NCBI RefSeq assembly: GCF_046105845.1
Contig: NZ_CP151004.1
Length of the DNA: 64,000 bases
Source of the DNA: Escherichia coli
Lineage (GTDB): Bacteria; Pseudomonadota; Gammaproteobacteria; Enterobacterales; Enterobacteriaceae
Reading direction: 5' to 3' (one strand)
Shown here piece by piece: positions 22,854-33,840 of the stretch. Under the pieces are notes generated by a model. The model saw only the letters and a program-made list of their open reading frames with translations, did no database searches and had not been told where the DNA came from. Both the position numbers and the translations under genes were made by a program. Positions within the stretch are counted from its first letter, which is position 1. Every line of letters starts with the position of its first letter.

Positions 22854-24371
22854 ATGTCTGAACAACACGCACAGGGCGCTGACGCGGTAGTCGATCTTAA
22901 CAATGAACTGAAAACGCGTCGTGAGAAGCTGGCGAACCTGCGCGAGCAGGGGATTGCCTTCCCGAACGATTTCCGTCGCGATCATACCTCTGACCAATTG
23001 CACGCAGAATTCGACGGTAAAGAGAACGAAGAACTGGAAGCGCTGAACATCGAAGTTGCCGTTGCTGGCCGCATGATGACCCGTCGTATTATGGGTAAAG
23101 CGTCTTTCGTTACCCTGCAGGACGTGGGGGGCCGCATTCAGCTGTACGTTGCCCGTGACGATCTGCCGGAAGGCATTTACAACGAGCAGTTCAAAAAATG
23201 GGACCTCGGCGACATCCTCGGCGCGAAAGGTAAACTGTTCAAAACCAAAACTGGCGAACTGTCTATCCACTGCACCGAGCTGCGTCTGCTGACCAAAGCA
23301 CTGCGTCCGCTGCCGGACAAATTCCACGGCTTGCAGGATCAGGAAGCGCGCTATCGTCAGCGTTATTTGGATCTCATCTCTAACGATGAATCCCGCAACA
23401 CCTTTAAAGTGCGCTCGCAGATCCTCTCTGGTATTCGCCAGTTCATGGTGAACCGCGGCTTTATGGAAGTTGAAACGCCGATGATGCAGGTGATCCCAGG
23501 CGGTGCCGCTGCGCGTCCGTTTATCACCCACCATAATGCGCTGGATCTCGACATGTACCTGCGTATCGCGCCGGAACTGTACCTCAAGCGTCTGGTGGTC
23601 GGTGGCTTCGAGCGTGTATTCGAAATCAACCGTAACTTCCGTAACGAAGGTATCTCCGTACGTCATAACCCAGAGTTCACCATGATGGAACTCTATATGG
23701 CTTACGCGGATTACAAAGATCTGATCGAGCTGACCGAATCGCTGTTCCGTACTCTGGCACAGGATATTCTCGGTAAGACGGAAGTGACCTACGGCGACGT
23801 GACGCTGGACTTCGGTAAACCGTTCGAAAAACTGACCATGCGTGAAGCGATCAAGAAATATCGCCCGGAAACCGACATGGCAGATCTGGACAACTTCGAC
23901 TCTGCGAAAGCGATTGCTGAATCTATCGGTATCCACGTTGAGAAGAGCTGGGGTCTGGGCCGTATCGTTACCGAGATCTTCGAAGAAGTGGCAGAAGCAC
24001 ATCTGATTCAGCCGACCTTCATTACTGAATATCCGGCAGAAGTTTCTCCGCTGGCGCGTCGTAACGACGTTAACCCGGAAATCACAGACCGCTTTGAGTT
24101 CTTCATTGGTGGTCGTGAAATCGGTAACGGCTTTAGCGAGCTGAATGACGCGGAAGATCAGGCGCAGCGCTTCCTGGATCAGGTTGCCGCGAAAGACGCA
24201 GGCGACGACGAAGCGATGTTCTACGACGAAGATTATGTCACCGCACTGGAACATGGCTTACCGCCGACAGCAGGTCTGGGAATTGGTATCGACCGTATGG
24301 TAATGCTGTTCACCAACAGCCATACCATCCGCGACGTTATTCTGTTCCCGGCGATGCGTCCGGTGAAATAA
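22854..24371 (+). CDS. lysS: Lysine--tRNA ligase (constitutive)
   Basis: 505-aa class II aa[38 protein letters not shown]...; start 7 nt after the prfB stop. Confidence 0.94.
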   Translation: MSEQHAQGADAVVDLNNELKTRREKLANLREQGIAFPNDFRRDHTSDQLHAEFDGKENEELEALNIEVAVAGRMMTRRIMGKASFVTLQDVGGRIQLYVARDDLPEGIYNEQFKKWDLGDILGAKGKLFKTKTGELSIHCTELRLLTKALRPLPDKFHGLQDQEARYRQRYLDLISNDESRNTFKVRSQILSGIRQFMVNRGFMEVETPMMQVIPGGAAARPFITHHNALDLDMYLRIAPELYLKRLVVGGFERVFEINRNFRNEGISVRHNPEFTMMELYMAYADYKDLIELTESLFRTLAQDILGKTEVTYGDVTLDFGKPFEKLTMREAIKKYRPETDMADLDNFDSAKAIAESIGIHVEKSWGLGRIVTEIFEEVAEAHLIQPTFITEYPAEVSPLARRNDVNPEITDRFEFFIGGREIGNGFSELNDAEDQAQRFLDQVAAKDAGDDEAMFYDEDYVTALEHGLPPTAGLGIGIDRMVMLFTNSHTIRDVILFPAMRPVK

Positions 24372-24389
24372 GCATTACGTTATGCTCAC

Positions 24390-24416
24390 AACCCCGGCAA
24401 ATGTCGGGGTTTTTTA
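24390..24416 (+). terminator. Rho-independent terminator of prfB-lysS (overlaps the idi stop codon; probably bidirectional)
   Basis: aaccccggcaaatgtcggggtttttt: 7-bp GC-rich stem followed by T6. Confidence 0.8.
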
Positions 24417-24962
24417 ATTGTGCTGCGCGAAAGCAGACAACAATTTTCTTGCTTCACTATTGGCTGCCTGCATCACCATCCACGGACTGAACGCCCACGG
24501 TGTGGCATCAATACCGTGTAATACATCTGCTAAATCACACCATTGATAATCCATCACTTCATCATCGTTGATCTGTAATGCACTGGTCGTGCGTGCGGCA
24601 AATACCGGACACACTTCATTTTCCACAATGCCATTCGGATCGGTGGCGCGATAGCGAAAGTCAGGATAGATAGATTCAGGAGGCGTAATTTCCACGCCAA
24701 GCTCATAACGGCAACGGCGGATCACCGCGTCTTCGTTGCTTTCGCCCAGTTGTGGGTGCCCACAAACCGAGTTAGTCCACACGCCCGGCCACGCTTTTTT
24801 GCTAAGGGCGCGGCGAGTAACTAATAATTGCCCTTTGGCATTAAACAGCCAACTGGAGAACGCGAGATGTAAGAGAGTGTCTGCCGTGTGTGCGGCATAC
24901 TTTTCCAGCGTACCCGTGGGAACTCCCTGTGCATTCAATAAAATGACGTGTTCCGTTTGCAT
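24414..24962 (-). CDS. idi: Isopentenyl-diphosphate delta-isomerase (Nudix type 1)
   Basis: 182-aa [44 protein letters not shown]... Confidence 0.92.
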   Translation of the reverse strand: MQTEHVILLNAQGVPTGTLEKYAAHTADTLLHLAFSSWLFNAKGQLLVTRRALSKKAWPGVWTNSVCGHPQLGESNEDAVIRRCRYELGVEITPPESIYPDFRYRATDPNGIVENEVCPVFAARTTSALQINDDEVMDYQWCDLADVLHGIDATPWAFSPWMVMQAANSEARKLLSAFAQHN

Positions 24963-25084
24963 AATTTCTCACATGTAATTCTGATCACTCATCATTATAG
25001 ATAATTGAAGAGTGAAATGATTAACCAAGTGAGCGTTTATCGACAACCGCCCGTTTTGAGCGGATGCCGACAGGTAAAAACCAT

Positions 25085-25210
25085 TTAAAAAAGTAGCATC
25101 ATATATTTGAAGCGACTTTCAATGGCCATTGCAACACAGTCAGAAATGACAGGAATAGAGAGAGTAAAAAGCAACAACAGACTGAATATAGCGCGCATTA
25201 AAAGATTCAT
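25085..25210 (-). CDS. Candidate 41-aa small hydrophobic protein translationally coupled to uacT (MNLLMRAIFSLLLLFTLSIPVISDCVAMAIESRFKYMMLLF)
   Basis: Not in the ORF track (under 60 aa). ATG 2 nt after the uacT stop, with GGAG 6 nt upstream inside the uacT 3' end; hydrophobic core typical of a small membrane protein. Possibly the known small protein yqfG, but I cannot verify that. Confidence 0.4.
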   Translation of the reverse strand: MNLLMRAIFSLLLLFTLSIPVISDCVAMAIESRFKYMMLLF

Positions 25211-25211
25211 A

Positions 25212-26660
25212 TTATTCTCCATGCTCATTTTTCTTCAGCTTGCGCATCAGAAGCCACATACGTACTGTCCTGACTTTTAAATCTTTATCAGAGACGGATT
25301 CCTTCACCAGATCAGCATGATGCTGATAGCCATTAAAGAAGACGTTCAGCACAACGGCGCTAAGGGTTGCGAGCATAATGCCGCTATGCAGCAACGGTTG
25401 CAGTACGGCCGGTAACTTAGAAAAGAAATCGTGAGAGAGCGTCGGAGTCATGCCAACGCCGAGACTGATCGCCACAATATAGAGGTTGTAACGGTTAGTG
25501 GTGTAGTTACAGCGCGACAGAATTCGAATCCCTGTCGCCAGTACCATGCCGAACATCACCAGCCCAGCACCGCCCAGCACAAATTGCGGAATGGAGGCGA
25601 CCAGCACCGCCATTTTTGGCACCATGCCAAACAGGATTAATATAATTCCCGAAGAAATACACACCCAGCGGCTATGAACGCGCGTCACGCTAACCAGGCC
25701 AACGTTTTGTGAAAATGACGTGTGGGGGAAGCTGTTAAACGTTCCGCCTATCATTGTCCCTATGCCATCGACACGCAGCCCGCGAATAATATCGTGTGAA
25801 GAGAGTTTACGACCGACTATTTCACCCAGTGCCAGGAACATCCCCATCGACTCGATAAACACGATGATTAACACGGCAGTCATGGTCAGAATGGAAACGG
25901 GATCGAAAATCGGCATACCAAATGACATCGGCGTGACAATCGCAAACCATGAAGCATCATGTAGCCCGGATAAATTGACTTCATTCATCATCCACGAAAG
26001 TAAAAAGCCAAATACAATCCCCAGTAATACGGCGACGTTGGACATAAATCCTTTCGCATAGCGAGTAATGAGCAAGATAAAAATTAAGACGGCAAAGGAG
26101 ATCCCCAAATAAACGGGATTACCATATTGCGGATTCCCTTTACCTCCGGCGGCCCAGTCAATACCCACCTGAATGATGCTAAGTCCGATAGAAGTAATAA
26201 CCACACCGGTAACCAGTGGCGGGAATAAAGGCATCAAGCGACCGATAAGTGGCGCTAATAATGTGGTGATAAAACCCGCGGCGATAGTGGCACCAAATAT
26301 CCCCAGCAGGCCGATATCCGGGTTCATCCCAATGGCTATCATTGGTGTTACAGCGGCGAAGGTCACCGACATAATCACCGGCAGGCGGATCCCCATAAAG
26401 CGGCCGATACCGATACATTGCAATAATGTGACGATCCCGCAGCAAAAGAGATCCGAGCTAATGAGCATCGCAATAGCTTCTTTTGAGAGGCCCAGTCGGT
26501 CACCAATCATAAGTGGAACAGCGACTGCACCTGCGTACATGACAAGGACGTGTTGCAGACCGAGTATGATCAGCTTTCCTGGTGATAATATGCGGTCAAC
26601 CTCATCAGTTGGGCGGTCTTGCCCTGAAGATGAGGAAAGTTGGGAATCTATGGCGCTCAT
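25212..26660 (-). CDS. uacT: Uric acid:H+ symporter (NAT/NCS2 family)
   Basis: Start set at MSAIDSQLSSSSGQDRPTDEVDRILSPGK... to give 482 aa; 12-14 TM NCS2 transporter. Confidence 0.88.
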   Translation of the reverse strand: MSAIDSQLSSSSGQDRPTDEVDRILSPGKLIILGLQHVLVMYAGAVAVPLMIGDRLGLSKEAIAMLISSDLFCCGIVTLLQCIGIGRFMGIRLPVIMSVTFAAVTPMIAIGMNPDIGLLGIFGATIAAGFITTLLAPLIGRLMPLFPPLVTGVVITSIGLSIIQVGIDWAAGGKGNPQYGNPVYLGISFAVLIFILLITRYAKGFMSNVAVLLGIVFGFLLSWMMNEVNLSGLHDASWFAIVTPMSFGMPIFDPVSILTMTAVLIIVFIESMGMFLALGEIVGRKLSSHDIIRGLRVDGIGTMIGGTFNSFPHTSFSQNVGLVSVTRVHSRWVCISSGIILILFGMVPKMAVLVASIPQFVLGGAGLVMFGMVLATGIRILSRCNYTTNRYNLYIVAISLGVGMTPTLSHDFFSKLPAVLQPLLHSGIMLATLSAVVLNVFFNGYQHHADLVKESVSDKDLKVRTVRMWLLMRKLKKNEHGE

Positions 26661-27095
26661 CAGTGTTTCTCCTTTCGCCCGCCAGAGTAAAAAGCAACCG
26701 TTTACGTTAATGAAACTGTCTAAACACATGCTCGTGGAGTGCCAGTTTTTGCGAGGAAGGGGAGTTAGAGACAGGAATTGCGGAGGCAATCACATAATCG
26801 TGGTTAAACCACGAAAATGAGAAGAGAACCTGACAATGGAATTATCTGTAATTTTCTCATATTGATATTTCATTAATCATTCTGGCATGTCGCACTCTCG
26901 CTTTTAATCGTTTTTATCTGGATAGCGCTCTTTTGGTCGGCAATGTTGAAATAATGAAAGCGGCACAGATTGAGGGGCAATAATTTGAACTCAGTCGCAA
27001 AATTATAATTAAAACGGTCATGCTACCTAATATATGCCCGTTTATTGCATCGCGAAATTTGAGAAGACATAACTCATTAAATGAAAGGGATGCAA

Positions 27096-29015
27096 ATGAA
27101 TAAGTTTATCGCTGCTGAAGCTGCGGAATGTATAGGCTGTCATGCTTGTGAAATTGCCTGTGCGGTGGCACATAATCAAGAAAACTGGCCGCTGAGTCAC
27201 AGTGACTTTCGACCGCGTATCCACGTTGTAGGGAAAGGCCAGGCTGCGAATCCGGTGGCCTGCCATCACTGCAACAATGCTCCTTGCGTTACGGTTTGTC
27301 CGGTTAATGCTCTGACTTTCCAGCCCGATAGCGTACAACTGGACGAGCAAAAATGTATTGGTTGTAAAAGATGCGCAATCGCTTGCCCCTTTGGCGTCGT
27401 TGAGATGGTCGATACGATTGCGCAGAAATGCGACCTTTGTAACCAGCGCAGTTCCGGCACGCAAGCCTGTATTGAAGTCTGCCCAACACAGGCGTTACGG
27501 CTGATGGACGATAAAGTGTTGCAGCAGATAAAGGTGGCCCGCCAGCGCAAAACGGCAGCAGGAAAAGCGTCATCAGACGCTCAGCCATCTCGCAGTGCAG
27601 CGTTGCTCCCCGTTAACTCGCGTAAAGGCGCAGATAAAATTTCAGCGAGTGAACGGAAAACCCACTTTGGCGAAATCTATTGCGGGTTGGATCCACAACA
27701 AGCGACTTATGAGAGTGACCGCTGTGTTTATTGTGCCGAAAAAGCTAACTGCAACTGGCATTGCCCGCTGCATAACGCTATTCCGGATTACATCCGTCTG
27801 GTGCAGGAAGGAAAGATTATTGAAGCGGCAGAACTTTGCCACCAGACCAGTTCCTTACCAGAAATTTGCGGCAGAGTTTGCCCACAGGACCGTCTTTGTG
27901 AAGGCGCATGTACTTTGAAAGATCACTCTGGCGCAGTCACTATCGGTAATCTGGAACGCTACATCACCGATACCGCGCTGGCGATGGGCTGGCGTCCCGA
28001 TGTCAGCAAAGTTGTTCCCCGTAGCGAAAAAGTGGCGGTGATTGGCGCTGGGCCAGCAGGGTTAGGGTGTGCTGATATTCTGGCGCGCGCAGGAGTTCAG
28101 GTTGATGTCTTTGATCGCCATCCAGAAATTGGCGGTATGCTGACTTTTGGCATTCCTCCTTTCAAACTCGATAAAACGGTATTAAGCCAGCGGCGAGAGA
28201 TATTCACCGCAATGGGAATCGACTTTCATCTCAACTGTGAAATTGGCCGCGATATTACCTTTAGCGATTTAACTTCTGAATATGATGCAGTTTTCATCGG
28301 CGTGGGGACTTACGGGATGATGCGAGCAGATCTGCCGCATGAAGATGCGCCCGGTGTCATTCAGGCTCTACCGTTCCTGACTGCCCATACCCGCCAGCTC
28401 ATGGGATTGCCGGAGTCTGAAGAGTATCCGCTGACGGACGTGGAAGGTAAGCGAGTCGTGGTATTGGGCGGTGGCGATACGACAATGGATTGTTTGCGGA
28501 CTTCCATCCGCCTCAATGCCGCCAGCGTGACCTGCGCGTATCGTCGTGATGAAGTCAGTATGCCGGGCTCGCGCAAAGAGGTGGTTAATGCGCGCGAGGA
28601 AGGTGTCGAGTTTCAGTTCAATGTTCAACCGCAATATATCGCTTGTGACGAAGATGGGCGTTTAACTGCGGTGGGCCTGATTCGTACCGCCATGGGTGAG
28701 CCGGGGCCGGATGGTCGCCGTCGTCCTCGTCCGGTAGCGGGTTCAGAGTTTGAATTGCCCGCCGATGTTCTCATTATGGCCTTTGGTTTCCAGGCGCATG
28801 CCATGCCGTGGTTGCAGGGCAGCGGAATTAAACTCGATAAATGGGGCCTGATTCAAACCGGCGACGTTGGGTATTTACCTACCCAGACGCATCTGAAAAA
28901 AGTCTTTGCTGGTGGTGATGCAGTTCATGGCGCGGATCTGGTTGTCACTGCAATGGCCGCAGGAAGGCAGGCGGCGCGCGATATGTTAACTCTGTTTGAT
29001 ACGAAGGCATCGTGA
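27096..29015 (+). CDS. ygfT: Fused Fe-S / FAD-NAD(P)-binding oxidoreductase (GltD-like beta subunit with N-terminal ferredoxin domain)
   Basis: [26 protein letters not shown]... with multiple CxxCxxCxxxCP motifs followed by the GAGPAG dinucleotide-binding motif; 639 aa from ATG 27096. Confidence 0.88.
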
Positions 29016-29503
29016 TGAAATCGTTAATTATCGTTAATCCGGCTGACTGTATTGGCTGCCGTACTTGTGAAGTAGCCTGTGTGGTCGCTCACCCTTCAGA
29101 ACAGGAGTTGAATGCCGATGTCTTTTTACCCCGGCTGAAGGTACAGCGACTGGACAGCATCAGTGCGCCGGTGATGTGCCATCAGTGTGAAAACGCCCCT
29201 TGTGTTGGCGCTTGCCCCGTGGGGGCGCTGACGATGGGCGAGCAGGTGGTGCAGACCAATTCTGCCCGTTGTATTGGCTGTCAGAGTTGCGTCAGTGCGT
29301 GCCCGTTTGGAATGATCACCATTCAGTCGTTGCCGGGGGATACCCGGCAACAAATCGTGAAATGCGATCTCTGTGAACAGCGGGAAGAGGGGCCAGCCTG
29401 CGTTGAATCTTGCCCGACACAGGCGCTGCAGTTGCTTACTGAAAGAGAACTCAGGCGAGTCCGCCAGCAGCGTATTGTTGCCAGCGGTGAGAATCCTCTG
29501 TGA
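29012..29503 (+). CDS. ygfS: 4Fe-4S ferredoxin-type electron transfer subunit
   Basis: [23 protein letters not shown]... with four Cys clusters; start overlaps the ygfT stop. Confidence 0.88.
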
Positions 29504-29538
29504 AAGAAATCTCCGCGCTGAAAGGCGCGGAGAATCTA

Positions 29539-30906
29539 TTAGATTGCCCAACCACCCGCGTAAAATGCGACCAGTGCGGCAGTAATGATCACCGTACCAA
29601 TATTCAACTTTTGCCATTCGCGAGCAAAGACACGGCCTACGACCAGTGTCACAAAGCCCAGCATAATACCGGTAACGATATTACAAGTCAGAACGATGAA
29701 CACGGCACACACCAGGCCAGCCATTGCGTCAATAAAATCGTTGAAATCCAGCTTCGAGACGTTACTTAACATCAGCAAACCCACGTACATCAGAGCGGGT
29801 GCAGTGGCGTAACCAGGGATCAAAAATGACAGCGGTGATAAGAACAGAATCAGCAGGAATAACGCCCCCACTACGGTTGCGGTCAACCCTGTTTTACCCC
29901 CGGCGGCGGTTCCTGCCGCTGATTCGATATAAACCGCTGCGGGCGCTGCGCCCACCAGGCCGGAGAATATTGAACTTACTGAGTCACTGGTCAGGGCTTT
30001 GCCGCCGTTGATGATCTGGTTGTCTTTATCCAACAAATTCGCCTGACCGGCGACGGCACGGATGGTGCCAGTGGCGTCGAACACTGCGGTCATCACCAAT
30101 GCCAGTACACTCGGAAGTACAGTTGGCTGGAGTGCGCCCATAATATCGAGGCTGAAAATCAGAGACTTACCATCTTCGCCAGTCAGGCTTGGCATCGCCA
30201 CCAGACCGTGGTACTTCACCGCTGGGTCAAAGATTAAGCCGATGATCGAAATTGCGATAATTACCAACAAGATCCCGCCTGGTACGCGGCACTTTTCCAG
30301 ACCGAAGATGACCGCCAGGCCCAGTAAGCTCATCATCACCGGGAAGGAGGTAAACGCACCGAGCGCCACCGGCAAGCCTTCAATCGGGTTTTTGATAACC
30401 ATTCCCACACCGTTAGCAGCAATCAGCAGCAGAAACAGGCCGATACCGATACCAGTACCGTGAGCGATACCCATCGGCAAATTACGTAAGATCCAGGTAC
30501 GCACACCGGTTACGGAAATGGCGGTGAAGATGACGCCCATCAGAAAGACCGCGCCCAGTGCGACAGGAACGCTAATTTGTTGCCCGAGTACCAGACTGAA
30601 TGCGGTAAACGCCGTCAAGGAAATCGCGCAACCAATCGCCATTGGCAAATTGGCCCACAACCCCATCAGCAACGAGCCGAAGCCCGCGACCAGACAGGTG
30701 GCAACAAACACAGCTGCGGGAGGAAAACCTGCTTTGCCCAGCATTCCCGGAACGACGATAACGGAATAAACCATGGCCAGAAAGGTCGTTAAGCCAGCCA
30801 GTACTTCCTGACGAACGGTACTGCCACGAGCGGTAATTTTAAAATAATTATCCAGCGCGCCCTGTGGCTTTGGTGCGTCCGGTGTTTGTAGGATGTCTCC
30901 AGACAT
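29539..30906 (-). CDS. ghxQ: Guanine/hypoxanthine permease (AzgA-like NCS2 family)
   Basis: 455-aa polytopic membrane [48 protein letters not shown]... Confidence 0.88.
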   Translation of the reverse strand: MSGDILQTPDAPKPQGALDNYFKITARGSTVRQEVLAGLTTFLAMVYSVIVVPGMLGKAGFPPAAVFVATCLVAGFGSLLMGLWANLPMAIGCAISLTAFTAFSLVLGQQISVPVALGAVFLMGVIFTAISVTGVRTWILRNLPMGIAHGTGIGIGLFLLLIAANGVGMVIKNPIEGLPVALGAFTSFPVMMSLLGLAVIFGLEKCRVPGGILLVIIAISIIGLIFDPAVKYHGLVAMPSLTGEDGKSLIFSLDIMGALQPTVLPSVLALVMTAVFDATGTIRAVAGQANLLDKDNQIINGGKALTSDSVSSIFSGLVGAAPAAVYIESAAGTAAGGKTGLTATVVGALFLLILFLSPLSFLIPGYATAPALMYVGLLMLSNVSKLDFNDFIDAMAGLVCAVFIVLTCNIVTGIMLGFVTLVVGRVFAREWQKLNIGTVIITAALVAFYAGGWAI

Positions 30907-30941
30907 AATGATGTCCTCACGAGGATGTTAAAGTTTTATTA

Positions 30942-32261
30942 TTAGTTGCGTTCGTACACCAGACGACCATCAACGTAGGTGCGGTAGATCGAACGGTCAT
31001 CGCCCAACGTCATCATCACGAACAATTTGTCGACTAAAGAAACAGAGTTGTCATAGCGCAGCTGCTGTAGCGGAGTGGCGGTGGGTTCCATCACCACGAA
31101 ATCAGCCTCTTTGCCAGGTAAAAAGTTGCCAATCAAATCGTCAAGGCCCAGAGATTTCGCTCCGCCGAGCGTGGCCAGGTAAAACGCTTCATATGCCGAG
31201 AGGCGATAGCCTTGTAATTGCAATACTTTGTAGGCTTCGTTCAGCGTTTGCAGCATGTTGAAAGTGGTTCCGGCACCGATATCCGTTCCCATGCCCACTT
31301 TAACTTTCTTCTGCCATGCTTTTTTCAAGTTGAATAAGCCGCTGCCGAGGTAAAGGTTGGAGGTCGGACAGAAAGCAATGCTGGATTTGGTTTCGCTGAG
31401 ACGATCCCACTCTTTTTCTTCGAGATGGACGCAGTGAGCAAAGACACAGTTTTTACCGGTCAGGCCGTACTGATGGTAAACATCCAGATAACCATCATGG
31501 TCAGGATAAAGCGATTTCACCCAGGCAATTTCATCTTTGTTTTCACAGAGATGGGTATGTACCCACGTATCCGGATATTCTTCTTTCAGGCGTTGCGCCA
31601 TCGCCATCTGTTCAGGAGATGAGGTAGGGGCGAAGCGTGGCGTAATCGCATACAACAGACGACCATTTTTGTGCCAGCGTTCGATCAGTTCTTTGCTTTG
31701 GTGATAGCTGCTTTCGGCAGTGTCTAGCAGATAATCCGGTGCGTTGCGGTCCATCATCACCTTACCGGCAATCATACGCATATTGATATGACTGGCGGCT
31801 TCAAACAGCGCATCAACGGATTGCGGATGAACAGTGCCAAACACCAGAGCCGTGGTGGTTCCGTTACGTAAAAGCTGCTTGATGAAGAACGCCGACATTT
31901 CGCGGGCGTACTCTAAATCCTCATAACGACGTTCAGTAGGGAAGGTGTGTTTATTCAACCACTCCAGCAATTGTTCACCATAGGCCCCCACCATTTCACT
32001 TTGCGGATAATGGATATGTGTATCGACAAAGCCCGGTACTATCAGTTTGCCGCGATAGTCGCGCACGCGAATAGTGTCAGGAATTTGATGCTTTCCGTCT
32101 TCCCATTCGCCAAACCATTCCACTTTTCCCTGTTTAATGAGTAATAAACCATCCTCAATAAACCGCAGCGCAGAGGCAATCTCCTCTGGGTTATCGACTG
32201 TACGGGTGACATCAATAAAACTGCCTCGTACCGCTTTTAACGTGTGTTCTCCTGACATCAT
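30942..32261 (-). CDS. guaD: Guanine deaminase
   Basis: Start set at MMSGEHTLKAVRGSFIDVTRTV... to give 439 aa; amidohydrolase metal-binding motifs (DTHIHYPQ, HCVHL). Confidence 0.9.
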   Translation of the reverse strand: MMSGEHTLKAVRGSFIDVTRTVDNPEEIASALRFIEDGLLLIKQGKVEWFGEWEDGKHQIPDTIRVRDYRGKLIVPGFVDTHIHYPQSEMVGAYGEQLLEWLNKHTFPTERRYEDLEYAREMSAFFIKQLLRNGTTTALVFGTVHPQSVDALFEAASHINMRMIAGKVMMDRNAPDYLLDTAESSYHQSKELIERWHKNGRLLYAITPRFAPTSSPEQMAMAQRLKEEYPDTWVHTHLCENKDEIAWVKSLYPDHDGYLDVYHQYGLTGKNCVFAHCVHLEEKEWDRLSETKSSIAFCPTSNLYLGSGLFNLKKAWQKKVKVGMGTDIGAGTTFNMLQTLNEAYKVLQLQGYRLSAYEAFYLATLGGAKSLGLDDLIGNFLPGKEADFVVMEPTATPLQQLRYDNSVSLVDKLFVMMTLGDDRSIYRTYVDGRLVYERN

Positions 32262-32275
32262 TGACTCCTTTACTG

Positions 32276-33676
32276 TTAATCCATCTCTTCCGCTGAGGTA
32301 ATACCAGGCAGAACGTTTTCCTGTCGGTAGCCACCAGGGAGGATAATATTTAATAAAATCGCAGTTAACCCGCCAGCACAAATAGGGTTTTCAACTAGTA
32401 CATATATAGAGGCTGGCAATATTTTAAAAATTTCGGGATCGTAGGAGACGCCAAGTCCTAAACCTAAAGAAGTGGCGACAATAAGTGTTTCTCGGCGCTT
32501 TAAACCGTTGGTGATGATGATGCGAATCCCAGCGATAGCAATCATGGAAAACATCAACGTCATTGCGCCTCCCAGAACTGCAGAGGGTATGGTTGTGAAG
32601 AAGCCGCCAATCATCGGAAACAAGCCGAGGATAACCAGCATTACCGCGATGGTTCGCCCGACATAACGTGAAGCGACGCCAGTCATCTGAATAACCCCAT
32701 TATTTTGCGCAAACGTGGTTAAGGGTAATGAACCGACAGCGGAGGCGATAACAGAAACCAGACCATCTGCCAGCACGCCGCCTTTCAGTCGGGACTGATA
32801 CTCTTCCCCCTGAATAGGGCGGCGAGAAACCATTGCCGTGGCGGTGATATCGCCGACAGCTTCCAGCACGCTAAGCAAATAAATCGTGCCAACCACCAGG
32901 AACTGATGGAAGCTGAAACTAAACCCGTATTTGAACGGATGCGGGATGGTGATTAACGGCAAATTGCGCATACTGCTGAAATCCACCATACCCAGGCATA
33001 ACGACACGATATAACCGACGCAAAGGCCAATGGCGATCCCTCCCATGCGTAGCAACGGACTGCGACAGCAGTTAAAGCCGATCACCACAATCAAAACCAA
33101 TAAACCAACGCCGAGATGTTCGTAATTGCCGAACGTACCGCTGCTTTTGGCTGCAAATCCTCCACCAAAATCGATAATGCCGACTTTAATCAGGCTTAAG
33201 CCGATCATCAGTACCACAATACCGCTGACAGTAGGCGTAATAACCCGACGTAAATAGGGCAGGATAAAAGAAGAGCCGACAACCAGAAATGCGCCAACGA
33301 AGGAGACGCCGAGGAGCGACGACATGATTAACTCTTCGTGAAAACCGTCGCTTTTCATGCTGCTGCCCAGCGCAATCATGACCGTAACAAATGAAAAATT
33401 GACTGACTGAATTGAGAGTAGGCCAGAACCGACGATGCCGTAGCGGTTTACTTGTAACCAGGTACCAATACCAGAGGCGATCATCGCCATAGAAACAAGA
33501 TAGGCGGTTGTTTCAGCGGAAAGCTGTAAGGCCGCACCCACGATTAACGCGGGGGTTACCATCGGAACAAAAATTGCCAACAGATGGGTAATGGCACCAA
33601 CGAGAGCCTGATGAAAGGGAGGGCGATCCTCCAGTTCAAATATAAGGTCAGAACCTGCATGGTTTATATCAGACAT
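32276..33676 (-). CDS. xanQ: Xanthine permease (NAT/NCS2 family)
   Basis: Start set at MSDINHAGSDLIFELEDRPPFHQALVGA... to give 466 aa. Confidence 0.9.
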   Translation of the reverse strand: MSDINHAGSDLIFELEDRPPFHQALVGAITHLLAIFVPMVTPALIVGAALQLSAETTAYLVSMAMIASGIGTWLQVNRYGIVGSGLLSIQSVNFSFVTVMIALGSSMKSDGFHEELIMSSLLGVSFVGAFLVVGSSFILPYLRRVITPTVSGIVVLMIGLSLIKVGIIDFGGGFAAKSSGTFGNYEHLGVGLLVLIVVIGFNCCRSPLLRMGGIAIGLCVGYIVSLCLGMVDFSSMRNLPLITIPHPFKYGFSFSFHQFLVVGTIYLLSVLEAVGDITATAMVSRRPIQGEEYQSRLKGGVLADGLVSVIASAVGSLPLTTFAQNNGVIQMTGVASRYVGRTIAVMLVILGLFPMIGGFFTTIPSAVLGGAMTLMFSMIAIAGIRIIITNGLKRRETLIVATSLGLGLGVSYDPEIFKILPASIYVLVENPICAGGLTAILLNIILPGGYRQENVLPGITSAEEMD

Positions 33677-33840
33677 CCCTTCACTCCTTTTAAAGTAAAT
33701 TTGATCATCTGAATTAGTAAAATAAATTCCCACGAATTTGGGGCGCAGGACGCCTTGAGAACGGCTTATCTCATTTTCGCAGTCACTATTTAGTCATCGT
33801 TCAAACAGAGAAACAGGCCGCCGAAGCGGCCATTTATTAT

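Noticed and set aside
22839-24254. 471-aa minus-strand ORF opposite lysS, and the similar 334-aa ORF (21807-22811) opposite prfB
   Set aside because: Both are antisense to highly conserved translation-factor genes; typical long shadow ORFs.
25020-25091. Plus-strand 23-codon ORF (MINQVSVYRQPPVLSGCRQVKTI) between idi and uacT
   Set aside because: Weak SD and no hydrophobic or structural character; overlaps the better-supported minus-strand 41-aa ORF region.
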